A stretch of 64,000 nt of DNA from the human T2T-CHM13v2.0 reference genome, Homo sapiens. Below the pieces are notes generated by a model. The model had not been told where the DNA came from. It worked only from the letters and a program-made list of their open reading frames with translations, and searched no databases. Position 1 is the stretch's first letter, and each line of letters begins with the position of its first letter. Below, piece after piece: positions 30,530 to 52,290 of the stretch. A program made the translations under genes and the position numbers. The DNA lies in NCBI RefSeq assembly GCF_009914755.1, contig NC_060940.1; one strand, given 5' to 3'.

Positions 30530-33500
30530 GTATGTTCTTCCTCGCCTCCTTGCTGGCCCACTGCCTGCCTCTGGCACCCAGCAGCACTCACATTTTAGAG
30601 TGCGATTTCACCCCTCCTTCTGAAACCTCTCTCTCCACTGTGCTTTGCTTGCTTCTGGCTTTTAAATTTGCTTTTAGATGCTCGCCTTTTGTTTGGACCG
30701 TTTTCCCTCATTGTTTTCAGTCTGATCTTAGGGCTGATCCACCAAACAGTGGCTCTTCAGTTGCACACAGATTTGGGGGTCCCAAACACGTGGCCCAAGG
30801 GCCAAATCTGGTCCACAGAAAAATGTTTTGTGGGATGACACACAATCTGTAAAAATTGGGAGATTTCACTAATCTGATTTTTTTTTTTTTTTTGGCTTCT
30901 CTTGAAAACTCAAATGATCTGGCCCTTTGGGGCCTGCATTCTCACATGGCATCGATCCACTAGAGCCGAGTGGTGGTTTCCAGTGGGCCATACTACAGTC
31001 TTCATGGTCCCATTTATCTTAGAAGTAGCCAGCTTTGTTCATTTGTCACCTGCCTGGCCCCTGTAGGTCAGAGTTTGACCCTATAGTAGGTGAAGTTTTC
31101 CTAACCGCTGCCGAGGAATCTGCCTCTCCCTCCCCGCCTGGTTGCCCTCTGCCTGCCCCACCCCCGCCTGTGCACGGTGTCTGGATCAGCCTTGCTGTTT
31201 GCTGGGAAGTGTCTCTGACTGTCCTCCCTCTCCCTTCCCCCAGATGGTTACAAAGTCTTGTTAGTTACACTGCAGAACTGTCTGTCCCTTTCTTTGCCAC
31301 ACTGTTGTGCCAGTTAAAGTTCCCAAGCATCTTTAAACTTGGTCTGTTCAAAGCGAGTTACCCTGTTTCACTGCCCCATCTGTGTTTTCTTCTGTCCTGT
31401 CCATCTTACCTACTGCTTTTTATCCTGGGTACCCGTGCTCAAGGACCTTTGGCTGTTTAAGGACACATTCAAATGCCTAACCATAGCGTTCAGTGTTCTC
31501 AACACTGGGCCTTAGTTTAAATTTTGGTTCCAGCTTCTGGCCCGTTTGCCCTGTGGTCCCCTGTGTATTTTAGCCGCATCTCTCTGTGAAGCTCCCAGTG
31601 TGCTTTGCACAGCTCCTTGTCTTTGCTCATGCTGTGCCCTTACCTGGAATGCCTTTTTCCCATTCCTTGTTATTAATAAAATCTTCCAAGGCCCTACTTA
31701 AATGTCCTCTCTGAATGAAGCCTTCCTTGATTCTCCCCCCACCCTCCAAATGACTTGCTGCCGCTTCTGTTCATAGAGCGCTTCGTTTATATCCCCAGAG
31801 CACTCATTACTCTCTGACTTGTCTGTCCCCCTGTTAGATTCCTGGAGGGAACCGAACATGCCTAAATCACCTGTTTCTGACCAGCACTGTAGGTATTCAG
31901 TGTTCGAGGTAAATGCTAAAGAGAAGTATAGGGGGTCCCATCATCTGACGTTCACTGGTTTCAGGGACAGACCATTTAGTGAGACTCCACTTAAAATGGG
32001 ACCAAGTTTTATGGAGAATAATTGGGGCAGGGGTGGTGGGAAGAGAGAGTTTTTAATCATCTAAAACACAAAAATCAGTGTTCAACCCTATACTGATTGT
32101 TAAAATGAACAAAAATTGAAATGCCAAAAATGCTTGAGTTTTCTATCAATTTTATGATAACTTGCTATTTTCTTCATTTCACATTCAACTCTAACTGCAT
32201 GGTCAAAGCAAGTTTTGCAGAATATCTGAGGGTTCCCCCCAGTTTTTGCAAGGGCCTTTGAACCCTCTGCTAGATCATTCTCTTCTGTAGAGCCTGTCCA
32301 TCTTCCCTTTATCAGTAGTAAGCTGCCCAGCCTCTGTCAACTTTGCAGGTGATTTTGCTTAGTTCTGTCTCATCACATTCACTTGCTGAAGTGCATAGAC
32401 TTCCTGCCTCTTGCTGGACCTCTACTTTTGCTTGTGGGCAGCCTCATTGAAGGCAGTTGCTACGGCTGACCTGGAAAGACCCTGCCATGAAGATAGGTGC
32501 AGGCAGAGAAGTCTGGATGGGAACTAAGTCTGTAAGTGCTCATTGGTTCCTTGGGGAATATTTCTGTGTCAGGAAGTTGTATAGGGAACACATCATAACT
32601 GCAGGAACTGACAGAACAAGAACTTCCTGACCCTGTATTGGAAGTTTTCTTTTTGCTAGTAGGAGCAGCCGCCTTCCTGCTTTGGCCTAAAGGGAGAGCT
32701 GTAGAAGAAGCTCAATATGTTGGGGCTTCTGAGCCCTTGAAAGCCTCCTTACTCACCAGTCTTGTTGAGGAGCATGGCCATGGACTACTCATGTTTTCTA
32801 GGGTTGAACAAGGTTAAGATTTTCATTCCCACCCATAGCACTGTACCTCTGGAGCCCAAGGGGCAGGCAGTCTTGTCACTTGCCCAGTCCTGTTACCTAA
32901 GTGTCATAAGCACTCATAAGAGGACAGCTTGTTCTGGGAGTTGGCTGCTAGCCACTGGCTTCGTCTTTCTGCTGGCAAGAAGAAGCGGCTATGGAATGAC
33001 CATCCCAGCAGCGAGTTGGCCTCTTCGTGGGGCGCTTTGCTGAGTAAGTGACCCTTAAGGGCTGCTACTCTTGACTAAACTCTGCTAGCTTGTGTAGGAG
33101 GAGGCAGTTCTAACAGCCTCAAAAGAATGAGAACAAGCTCCAGGCAGGAAACCGGAAGCCGCTGGAGGAGAGCATGTACCCTGCTCGTAGGAAAGTTGAA
33201 TCTGGCTGAAGGTCTGATGTAGTGATCAGGAGTGTGGGTCCAGAATTGCCCAATTTTTGGAGTTTTCAAGAGAAGCCAGAAATCTGTTGTATATTTTTGT
33301 GAAATCTCCAGACATTTCAGGATGAAAGGTGTTTTAAAAGTTTCCATCTTAAAGACAGCTGCTGCCCAGGTCCTGCTTTAGGGCCGACTGTTGTAGAGCC
33401 ACTAGAAGTCCAAACCTAAATAAACATCTTCAGGTCCCTTCTCCCCAGCCCCCATTTTTCAGATACTGAGGCCCACAGAACTGAAGTAAAATGTCTTAAG

Positions 33501-34149
33501 TCCCCAGCTAGACCAGAACGCTGGTCTCTAAATTCCTAGTCTGTTTGGCCAACTTATCTATTTTTAGACTCTATCTTTCCAGATTTTTCTTTCTGCAAAG
33601 GCTGCAAGTTTTTTTCCACTTGGTTTAGCTGTTTGCTGAGCCTCCCCGCCCCCCTCCCCCTGCGCCCCCGTCCCTGAGGTGTCTGCTGCTCCAGGATGGC
33701 CATGTCCCCTTGTGCAGGTGCACCTCGCCTCCCCTGACCTCACCCAGTCCCGCTTCACTTGGCTCACTCCCGGCAGTCTCATCTCACTCCAGGCATCCCT
33801 TGCTGCCCCCTTCTCTTACCTGCCATCCTCCTTAAACTCGCCTCAATGTCTTCTGACCCCATGTGATCAGTGGTATCTCAAGTGTTAATCACAAAAGGTT
33901 ATAAATGTTTTAAGAGAACTTCATAAAAGTGTGTGAATATAGAGTGCGGAGGACTCGAGGAGGGAGGCCGGGGAAGGGAGCAGGGTCGTGGTATAGAATC
34001 TAGCCCTAAAATCCAGGCACTCCCCTTCCCTTGTGAGAGCCACAGGGGAACGTGTTGCCTCTTTGTTCGTAGGCCTCTTGACTCTCCCTACTGCCCAAGA
34101 CCTTAGTCAATGCTGGGCTTGCATAAGGTTACAAAGGAATTTCTTGGGT

Positions 34150-37455
<3,306 letters not shown>

Positions 37456-37896
37456 TTAATTTTTTTAAATAAAAGAAATAAAGTTTATTCACAGCAATGA
37501 TGGCCCCACTGTCTTCCCCTCCCCCATTACCATCGTCATGTGTCACGTGCGTCCTTCCCATCTATCCATTCTTTGATTTACACGTGTATCCACGAACAAG
37601 ATGGAGTGTTGTTTTGTGCTTCCAGTTTTCGTAAATGGTATTATGTATTGTTCTACAACTTGCTTTTCTTTGGTTCAACATAAGAATCTGTCAGTATTAA
37701 CTGTAGATCCATATGGACCCAGTTGATACCTCTTTAAAAAGAGCTCCAGTATTGGTGTGACTAAGCCTTGTCACTTTGAATTCTGCATTCCCTTACTGAT
37801 GGATATGTAGGTTGCCCCAGGTTTTTGTGGTTTCAGACAGTGCTGCAATGAACATTCATACCTGTTTTCTTGAGCATGTGTGACAGGTTTTCTAGG

Positions 37897-38080
37897 GCAG
37901 CGTTTCTCCAACTGTGGTCCCTGGATCAGTAGTGTTGCATCACCTGGGAGCTTGCTAGTTTCTCAGGCCCCACCCCAGACCTCCCCAAATTAGAAACTTC
38001 ACAGGGTTGGAGCCTGCTGATCCATGTTCCAGCAAGCCCCCCGGATGGCTCTGATGACCACTCAGGTTTGAGAACTGCTG
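37897..38080 (+). mobile_element. MER5A-like hAT MITE
   Basis: cagcgtttctccaactgtggtccctgga..catcacctgggagcttg..tctcaggccccaccccagacct..aggtttgagaactgctg. Confidence 0.7.
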
Positions 38081-38278
38081 CTTTAGGGTTGGCTCAGCTT
38101 AACCCTCAGCCTGCCTGTTTTTGTTTTTGGTTGGGAGAATGCTCCCCACGTGCAAAGTTTTGTTTGGTTTTTCTTCCCTTTTTAATTAACTCACATCCCA
38201 ACCCTCACCCATGTTTGTCCTGCCTGCTTGGTCTCCCGACCTCTGAAGTACCGCTTGGTTTTCCTTTTTCCCTTCCAG

Positions 38279-38389
38279 GCGTTTCAGTTGGGCCCCACGG
38301 AAGCCTCTTACTACTGGGTGTACTGGGTTCCAACTCAATATGTGGATGCAATCAAAGACACTGTGCTGGGGAAATGGCAGTATTTTTGA
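38279..38389 (+). CDS. UBFD1: UBFD1 coding exon 7 (stop)
   Basis: ttccag|GCG TTT CAG = AFQLGPTEASYYWVYWVPTQYVDAIKDTVLGKWQYF*; exon sum 25+330+209+66+106+83+111 = 930 nt = 309 aa + stop. Confidence 0.96.
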   Translation, partial: AFQLGPTEASYYWVYWVPTQYVDAIKDTVLGKWQYF

Positions 38390-38640
38390 AAGCACTTTCA
38401 CCTCTGGCCCAGGAGACTGACCCAAAGTGAAGGACATTGCCGGGAGAGGCCTGCAGCATCCCTGGATTTCAGAGTTCTGGAACTTTGTTCATAAAAAATC
38501 TATATTCAATCTGAGGTGATGTGGTGACTGAAGCCAGAGGTGATGTACTTTCACCATTAGCTTAATTTTAACTTAAAATTACCAGTTCCCTTTCTTGCAG
38601 TCAGCTTCATACCATTTTTAAAGTCAATACGATGGAAATC

Positions 38641-38646
38641 AATAAA
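38641..38646 (+). terminator. Candidate UBFD1 proximal poly(A) signal AATAAA
   Basis: AATAAA ~250 nt after the stop codon, followed by GU-rich tgttgtgtg and gtgtgtttg. Confidence 0.5.
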
Positions 38647-41600
38647 TCTGAATTCCGAACATGTTGTGTGGAATACTCTTAAGTGTGTTTGAGAGTAGAT
38701 CTGCCAATTATGTTGACAAGGGAATGATCAAAAGCTTTGTTTTTTTTAAAAAAAAAAAAAGCAGTTTCAATTGAAATATTTTCATACATCTTTGGTTGCA
38801 AACATTTGGACTGCATTGCAATGAGTTGGGGTGTTTTTTTTTTCCTTTTTTGTATAAAATTGTATGCAAAATGGGGGTGGGTTAGTAAGCCACATATTTC
38901 TGTCCATTGATTCAGATTTAATTCTTTCCCTTTTTCATTCTCTCGCTTCCTCAATTTGAGTTTTTGTTTTAAGAACCCAAAGATGTCAGTTCTTCTTTTG
39001 GTACCTCATCAACGCTTCCTTTCCTGGGCTCCCTCCCGCCGTGCTGCTGCTGCCTGTGAACGCACGGTGGGAGAGGAAGAGCTGCTCAGTCTTGGGCAAG
39101 GAGCTCTCACACTTGCTGTGGTGTTCGTTGAGCAGCAGAGTATCTCCCAGTGACTCCTGTTTAAATGTCTTGCCCTTTGGGCCCCCATCTCCAAGGAGTT
39201 CCATTGCTGGTTGGATGATTGTCTGCACCCCTCACTGAGCTTGGCCTAGAGGCCCAGCCTGGCATGGTTGTGCCTGGGCTGTGCCGCTCAACAGCCCCAG
39301 CTCCCAAGCAGACAAAGACCTCTTCCAGGAGGAGCCAGGTAGAAGATAGTTATACAGCCATATAGCTGCAGATCCAGATAACCTTCTTTCTTTGGAAGTT
39401 TTCAAGAAATTCTTAAGCAGTCCAAGGATGATTTCAATTATGCTTCTCCATTGGGTCCTTCTGCTCATGCATTCAGTTCAAGTGTCCTTTATCCCAGGTT
39501 CAGAGATGCTGCCTTTCTGAAGAAGACATCTGACCCTAGCAGGTTGGCCAGTGTTATTGAACAACAAAAATGGGATAAATTGCTTTCATGATTAGCTCAC
39601 CTTCTTCTGGTTTTAGCCCTTCTGTTCTCTGTACACGTGAACTTCTGTCATCTCCTTCTGGCTTGGTTGCCTCTGAAAGGAGGGAAAGTCTCTTGGTAAA
39701 TTATCTCTTTTGTGCTGTTTGCTGTTTCTCTGCTGCCGTCTTTGCAGTTCTCCTCTCACTGGTTGCAGGCTTTCATAGTAAGGTTTGGCGAGAAATGTTC
39801 CAAACATCACATTTTGGATTCTAGGCTGTCACCCCTCATTCTGTGAAACGTATTAGCATGTGTTCGCCCAAGATGACTATTCCTTGTGAGCCAGTTAATG
39901 ATGATATTCTACGCCCTTCCCTTCTAAGCTGTAGTTCAGGAATCCAGCCCACATAGACAGACTCTTGCTTTCCATGGTGTAGTCAATGCCAAGTGATGCA
40001 TCTAGGCAGGAAAATCTACTCTTTGCTTTTTTGGGGGCAATTAGTACATTTGTGAAGTGCAGCATCCAAGAAACAGCCTGTTTTTTCATCCCTTGAGAAA
40101 GGAGCAGTCATTGCAGCTTTTCTGTCCTTGTCGGCCTGCAGTTCCTGGGGAAAAGAGTACATCTGAGCTACTTGTCCAAGCCTCTGTCTGCAGGTGACAG
40201 GTTTTGGGGGAAATGAGATGCATTAAGTAGAACATCATCTCGGGTCAGACATTGCCCCTTTTGTTTGCCAATGCCCCAGTCCTAGAGACTTGTCCTGACA
40301 GTGCCGCACACCTACTTTTGATCTCTCAGAGCAGGTGGCTCCATCCCCAGACTAGCCTGGCTGCTCTCCGAGGCCCCTCCACCTGCTCCCCTTATTGCCC
40401 CATTCTTGTGGCTTGCCGGGCCACTTGGCCTCCCTTCTTGCCGGTGACAGCGTTCCATCATCTCCCCGCTCCCCAAGGGCCAACTGCTTCTCACTCAGGC
40501 TGGTGTCATTTCAGGAGGACCAAAGCCTGCGTGAGCCTTTTTATTTTCAGTAAAATGGTGCTTTTTTCCTTACTTCGAGATACTATATATAAATAATAAT
40601 GTAAATGACACCTTTTCGTACGGAGCTGTTTGAGTATTGCTTTACAGAGCTCACTAAATCAGCTTCAACAATCTTGAGCTCTGTGGCTCCTCACCCTGTC
40701 TGCATGGAAGACCTTGCTGGACGCTCTCGGGAGAGCAGACATAGCACCAGAAGCCACTGGGAGAAGTGTTTTCGATCCGTGTCTGGGCCACAGTAGTATT
40801 CACTGTTTAGTCTTTGAGTTCCGTAAGCAGTCTCTTCATACATTTCTTACAGTCTGGAGTGTACTGACTAAATCTGTGTAAGCAAATTGAAATACTCTTT
40901 CTTTTAGGTAGCGTCACAGTGGTTTTTTTTTTCCTCAGGATAATTTCTATACAATTTCCTTACTGTCAGAGGGACCAGATCTTTCCCTCACTGTGGCAGG
41001 GGCCGTGCAGGTGGATAAAGGAAGAGCTGGTTTCCGGAGAGTGACTGTAACAGCGTTGACTCGAAGCTAGAGATGGAGGGGGTGGCCGTCTCTTAGACAT
41101 TGGACACCTCTCAGAGCCTCCTGAGGGCTTCTTTGTCTTCTAGAATCTCTACCGGTGGTCCTCCTGCAGGTTCTGGCTCACAGACATCATCATGCCTTTT
41201 TTTCCCTCCCTGAGGCGCCTTGGCAGAAGAGCGTGACCCTGTGAGCCAGGCCCCCCTTAGCTCTGCTTCAGATCACAGAACACAGACAGACTCGCGAGTT
41301 GCTGGACCTCTTTGGTATTAAGTGTTTGAATCCATGGTGGGCCTTTTGCAAGTAGCGTTAGCTCTTTTTAAATGTTGAACTGAGCTAAGGATGCACTTTC
41401 TTGTGGACATAGAAGGGGCCCACGTAAGGCCCTGAGTAGGCTCCTTAGTTGCTGCTTTACCTGATGAGGGCCAAAGAGATTAACTCTGCCTCGTTGCCAT
41501 GTCTCAGAAAAGTTGCCATATTTCACCCAGAAGGGGCTTGTTTTCCTCTTACTCTTACTTTAACCATGTGCCTGGAGGAGCCATTCTGGGCTCTTGCACT

Positions 41601-42169
41601 TGCCCAGCCTTTCTTTGCCAGGGGCAGAGAAGGGAAAGGGGGTAGATTGAGTGTGCCAAGGGCCGTGCAAGGGCAGGCTTGCTTTCCACCCATCTGCTGA
41701 GGGAGCCCTCTCCTCTCGCTCCTTGCCTCTGTTCACACCTGTTGTCTTGGAAGAGGATGGTCCCTTTGTCTTAAGGCTTTGTGATAAAGTCATCTCCAGT
41801 TAGGATCTGCACCTGTTTCCTTCGTAATAGTGCCTGGCGGCCTTTCTGAAGTTACAGGTGGTTGGGAGCCCTCTCGCATGCAGAACATCTGGTAGATTGA
41901 TCTGCCAGGCTGGGTGGTTCTACTGCTTTCTCAATTTCTAAGAACCTTTTTTTTTTCTTAAAGAGTTCTGCTGAATTATTTGACAATATTTGTAAGTACC
42001 ATGTTTCCTTGTGGTGTATGCTCTGTTCTGGTTTCTGTTTTCAAATCAAATGCCTGTTTGGGAGGAGATGAACGTATTTAGTCTATTAGATTTGCACTGC
42101 TGGATTTTTTTTTTAAAGTGTAACCTTGAATAGCTGTCTTATTGTTTATCCTGTAAGATTAGTCAATCG

Positions 42170-42175
42170 ATTAAA
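42170..42175 (+). terminator. UBFD1 distal poly(A) signal ATTAAA
   Basis: ATTAAA with upstream TGTA elements and downstream U-rich tract (tctctttttccttcc). Confidence 0.7.
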
Positions 42176-42876
42176 GTTTGATAATTAATTGCGTCTCTTT
42201 TTCCTTCCAATTCTTCATGCGCCTAATCCATACTGGGGATTAACCAACATTTGGAATTGGACCTGGAGCCATTTCTTTGCCAGTTGTGGTCTTATTTGGC
42301 TTTAAGTATATTCAAATGTATTCTCTGCTGAAACAGTTGACATTTACTCTGCAAAATGGTGAAAGTGACCGGTGTGACAGTGAGCCACACTCCTGTTGGA
42401 GCAGCATGGTCTGCTCCTTGGTGGGCCCTGGCTTCCACATGTTGGAAGAGAAGCTGCCTCCCTGTACTCACACCTCCTGACTAGTGCCTTGGGCAACCCC
42501 ACCTAGCCATTTAGCCTTTGAGGACATGTTTTAGAAAACACTGAGATTGGAGCTACAGATTTAGCCACAAGCTATAAAGACCCAGGAGTCGGGAGGAAGA
42601 AAATCTGTTACCAAAAAATGGGCCAGGCTCACTGGCTCACACCGGTAATCCCAGCACTTTGGAAACCAAGGTGGGAGGATCACTTGAGCCCAGGAGTTTG
42701 AGACCAGCCTGGGCAACATAGCAAGAGCCCCATCTCTACAAAAAATACAGATATCGGCCAGGCACGGTGGCTCACGCCTGTAATCCTAGCACTTTGGGAG
42801 GCTGAGGTGGATGGATCACCTGAGGTCAGGAGTTCGAGACCAGACTGGCCAACATGGTGAAACCCTGCCTCTACTA

Positions 42877-43116
<240 letters not shown>

Positions 43117-43436
43117 TCACTTCTTCCTAGCAGGCGGAGGGGGTCAGCTCTTCACTTTTTCACAGTACCTCATAATCCTGAAACAATACGGCTGGATGCT
43201 TAGGGATCTGACTCCTACATGGGAGAGGGGGATCATTGGGATTGTATCCCATGCTATACGTTGGCTGATGCCCATCTGGAGAATCTGCTATCTGGTACTT
43301 CTAGGCTGAGTGTGATGGCTCATGCCTGTAATGCCAACACTTGGGAGGCTGAGGCGGGCAGATACCTAAGGTCGGGAGTTCGAGACCAGCTTGACCAACA
43401 TGGAGAAACCCCATGTCTACTAAAAATACAAAATTA

Positions 43437-43577
<141 letters not shown>

Positions 43578-44642
43578 TCAAAAAAAAAAAGAGACCACCT
43601 AGCAGGGTGTTTTGACCTCTTGCTGTGTGCCAGGCAAATGCTGTTTCTCTAGGCCTCCAGCCCTGGAGGGAAGAATGGACATCACCTTTGGGCGCTCTTC
43701 CACTACGTACTTGCTCTAAACACTCTGCATTCAGGTCCTGTGACATCAGCTTCTTCCTTATGTCTTAACAGTGTGAAGGATGTTACTTGCATTATACAGT
43801 CAACACTGCACCACATCCCTCCTGTGACCCTCACTTCAGCCACTAGAGGAAATCTTAGGTTCAGAGAAGTTAGATGGCTTAGCCAACATCACATGCCTGT
43901 TACCGAGTGAAGCTACAATTCAGAGCCCAGCTTTGCCTGATGCTAAAGTCTGTGCTCTTAGATACTGGCCTGGTACTTGAGAAGTTAGGAAAGAACCCAG
44001 CTGCTTTATTTTGCTTTCAAATTTTTTTCTTTCCTTGGTTTTGCTGTGTGTCTTCAGGGCACTAAGTTGGGTGTGTGAGTTGCTTTTTTAAACTTTGAAC
44101 CTTGGCATTTGTTTGTTGGCTTTATTAATTAGCTTTGCATATTAATAAAGTTAATTTGTCAGTTACATTTGTTTAATTGGCTTTATTTATTAGTTGGCTA
44201 CCACTTTAAAAATTAAAACAGTAACACATGCACTTGATAAAGAATTTCAGGTGATAGGTAAGTCTTTCACTCAGTTCTCCTAGCTTCTCAACCCCAGCAC
44301 CAAATCATCCCTGAAGAAGAATTCACATTACGCTCAAGTACTTAAGTGCGCATCCCAGGGGCAGAGGGCCAATCATTCCCACTTAAGCCACTTCCTAGAG
44401 TGGGGTGAGGGGACTCCTCAATGGGAACTTAGCAGGAGGGAGCCGGCACTGGGGAAGCACCTCACCAGCGCTCAGACTCCAAGCCTGACATTTTTCTTGA
44501 ACTGTTGCTCATTATCTGTTGCCTGCTCAGGTATCCTACAAACACCTCAAATTCAATGCATCAAATCCAATCCTCTGGTACCTGCTTTAGACCGCAACTC
44601 ACCCAGTACTGGTATGTTGGGAGATAGCTTAGACACAACTGA

Positions 44643-44981
<339 letters not shown>

Positions 44982-46804
44982 TAGAGACAGAGTCTCCCTC
45001 TGTTGCCCAGGCTGGAGTGCCATGGTGCAGTCATAGCTCACCGTAGCCTCTAATTCCCTGGCTCAAGTGATCCTCCCAGGTTCTGCCATTTTATTCCCAG
45101 AATCTCTTGCCCATCCATCTCTCTTTATCCCAATCTCCACATCTGGGACTAACTGCTACTACAGGCAGGTGACACCACACTCAGCTAATTTTTAATATTT
45201 TTGAAGAGACAGGGTCTCACGATATTGCCCAGGCTGGTCTCAAACTCCTGGCCTCAAATCAAAGTGCTAGGATTAACAGAACAGGCATGAGCCACCATGC
45301 CGGGCCTCTCATGACACTTTTTAAAGTCCAGGCCTTATAAACTCCCACCTTCTGGATTTGTTTCCTCATAATCAGATTCAGGTTAGATGATTTTAGCAAG
45401 AGTGCCTCAGAGGTGACATGACCTCAGTGCCTCACATCAGGAGCAGCATAGGAGGTTGACTTGTTGTATCATTGGTGATGCTGAGTATGATACCTCCACC
45501 TAGGTTGTACCTACCTCCCTTACAAGGTGGTGAGCTCCTGGAGATGGGAGACAAACTATATGGTGTGAAACTGTGTACTCAGGCTCCAGGAGTGCTTAAC
45601 ACACAGTGGGTACTTCCTTGTGTGTGGAGCGAGTGAGTGAACTTGCTGTATGGAGAACACAGTGAGAAGACTGAAGCAGCTCCACTGGAGATATGGTGGG
45701 GATGGCTGGAGACAGGACTGGGACTGGGTCATGACAGGCTTCACAAACCGCCCTTTCCCAGTGGGAACGGTGTACAACAGAGGCACAGATCCTCTGAGGT
45801 GTTTTCAGCAGCTATTAAATACCATATGCATACAATTCCATTTATCCTGTTCTTGAATTCACACACACTTTGGAATGCTACATTTGGCCAGTTTGCTGCC
45901 TACCTATAGTGGCACAGAAGTCTCTCAAAAGAACATTCTGATAAGCTCTTAGAGCAGAAAGAACAGAAAGGCCTTTGCTATTGCTTGAACAACCAGACCC
46001 TAAATGGCCTTGGGGATGAATGATGTGTGTGTGTGAGATCCAGTAAATGTCTTCCCTCATTCTGGCTTCTTTGGGGCTTACACCAGCTACTGGATGATGT
46101 GAATGGGCTGTTTCACTGCAGGCGTCTGGTGAAGATAGTAGCAAAGCAGGCACTCAAGTGGCAGTACAGTCAGACTTTGTGATCTTAGGCAGACACAATC
46201 ACAGACGCTTTTTTTTGGTAAAATGTACAGCTGCCATGGGATTTAAAATAGCCAGAACAACTTGGGGACTACCACCAAAATACCCCCAGTGTTAAACTAC
46301 TAGACGTTCCAATCAAAGGAATAACACACAGCCTGTTTACTCCCTATTTGATCACCAGTGCTTAGTAAGTGCTCAAGCTATTGTTAAATAAATGCAGTTG
46401 TAAAAAAACAATGAGGAAGAGCCTTATCCTCCAATTTGGCAGTTTTCCAAGATATGTTGCTAAATATTGCAAAAAAATAAAAAAGGTCTAGTGTAACAAT
46501 GTATGATTTTCATAACTGAGGATATGCTTTCTATTGCTAAAAAGGGGCCAGGTGCAGTGCCTCATGCCTGTAATTCCAGCACTTTGGGAAGTGGAGGCGG
46601 GAGCATCTTTTGAGCCCAGGAGTTCGAGACCAGCCGGGGTAACACAGTGAGACCCCATCTCTATAAATAACTTAAAAAATTAGCAGTGGTGTGCCTACTT
46701 GGGAGGCTGAGGCAGGAGGATGGCCTGAGCCTGGGAGGTTGAGGCTGCGGTGAGCCACAGTCGTGTCACTGCACTCAGACTGGGTGACAGTGAATGTCTC
46801 AAAG

Positions 46805-48004
<1,200 letters not shown>

Positions 48005-48811
48005 GGACTATGTCTGCCTAACATGCCTGGAATAACTCTAGAGCAACCCAGAAGGAACCAGCGTATTGGTACCTGCAGGAAGGGAAGCAGATGTGAGTGT
48101 GGACCCAATCCCAGAGCTGACTCCCATCCTTCGACCACCTCATCTCTCAGCCATGAGATTCTCTGCTGGCTGAGGGCCCCTCACCTTAGTCCCTCTGCCT
48201 CAAAGACACTACTTACTGTAGGCCTTTGGTTCCTCTTCCTTCCCCATACTAGAAAGTCAGTAAAAGGAGAGGAATTATTTTGATGTAACTCTCAAACTAA
48301 ACTCTTCAAGAGCTAAGCAATGCATACATGTTATTTACATCAACCCCAAGGAACCAACACAGTGCTAAGAGTAAAAGGGGCAGAACCAATAATGATGTGT
48401 GACAAATCAAACTGTGGTTTGATGTGTGGCAATGTCAAACTGACCTTCCAGGAGGAAAGAGAGCCTCCCATTCTCCAAAACTGTTAAACTGTATTAAAAG
48501 GGATCTTTAGGACAGTGATGAAAAACTAGTCCCACCTGCTGATATCAGCTGACACATCTGATAATAAGCTAATGGAAACCAAAACAAAGTTTTTTTTGAA
48601 GCAAAAAGTCCATTTCCATGAATATATTCACTCCTGATACGAAGGTGGGGAGACAGCCTTACTTCAAGTACATGGCTGGGGAAGCCATTGTTTTTGACAT
48701 GCATGAATACAAATGACAAATCAGACCTTTAAAAATATTAAGCAATGTCAGTATACAAACATAAAAAAGCACTTTATAGACATCATTGAAAAACTGAAGA
48801 TGGGGGAAAAT

Positions 48812-48972
48812 GTTGGTTTTATAGATTTATTTTCAAAGAGTAAAACACATACAATTTAAATACAAGTCCATCAGAATCACTCTGTCAGAGTCAGCAAGAA
48901 TGCCAAAATGTGTCCTCACTGCCAGACATTCGTCACTATCATCTGAGTCCTCTCTCAGCAAAGCCAAAGGGT
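48812..48972 (-). other. NDUFAB1: NDUFAB1 non-coding last exon (3'UTR) with AATAAA at 48826-48831
   Basis: Minus-strand acceptor ttttgtcttttccag|ACCCTTTGG at 48972; AATAAA ~140 nt downstream; cleavage site approximate. Confidence 0.8.
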
Positions 48973-49125
48973 CTGGAAAAGACAAAATAAGTTCAATGTT
49001 ATTTTTGATGTATTCTTACTAATGATAAGTGACATCTTTCAGGTGCTAAAAATGCAGCCTCTGGCTGAGTGCAGTGGCTCATGCCCGTAATCTCAGCACT
49101 TTGGGAGGCCAAGCTGGGCGGATCA

Positions 49126-49343
<218 letters not shown>

Positions 49344-50083
49344 TTAAAAAAAAAAAAAAAAAAAATGCAGGGTCACTAAAAGCTAAAGACTAAAAACACT
49401 AATACAATGTTTTAATTCAAAAAGTCTTATTTGATTATTCTAGGTCCCAAGTAACAAAAGCTACTATTTACTGAGAGGCTTCTTTACATCATTATATCAA
49501 GTGATATATATACTCTCTTCAATTTTGCTTTCACAAAAGCCCCAGGTAGGTCCTATCATTACCACCATATTACATATGAGGAAACTGAGGCTTACAGAGC
49601 TAAGCAGCCTGCCTGAGACCACCAGGCTTATAGTGTGTGGCAAAGCTGAGAATAAACTTGGGTGTCTCTGACTCCAAAGTCCATCCTCTTATACATGAGG
49701 CCTCTCTTGCCTACTTAAGAGCCAGGTCACTTCAGTGTCTTACCCAGCAGGCTGGGCTTACCTTGGCTGAGTAATTGAGGGAGACAGAGGTCTGTTTCCA
49801 GGTTACCCTGTTCAGTACTTTGTACAATGTTCTGCTTTTGTGAGGACAGCTGACAATCAAGGGAGTTCTATCCAGGAATGACAGTTCTCAACCTCTCAAA
49901 GATCACCACCAGGGCTGGGCCCCTTTGAGTGGCAGACAACAGGAAAGGGCTTGCATTTTATAAGTAGTGAAAAATCTTGGTCAAGCATTTCCATTTTCTG
50001 TTTCTTCTTAAGTTTCCTTTATTGAAGAACCACAGACAAATCTATGGGTGAACATCATTTTTTAAGTCTATTTACCTGATACT

Positions 50084-52290
<2,207 letters not shown>

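Larger units (their letters stand above)
38390..42190 (+). other. UBFD1: UBFD1 3'UTR (~3.8 kb)
   Basis: Repeat-poor, U-rich stretch after the stop codon, ending after ATTAAA 42170-42175 followed by a U/C-rich downstream element; end approximate. Confidence 0.75.
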
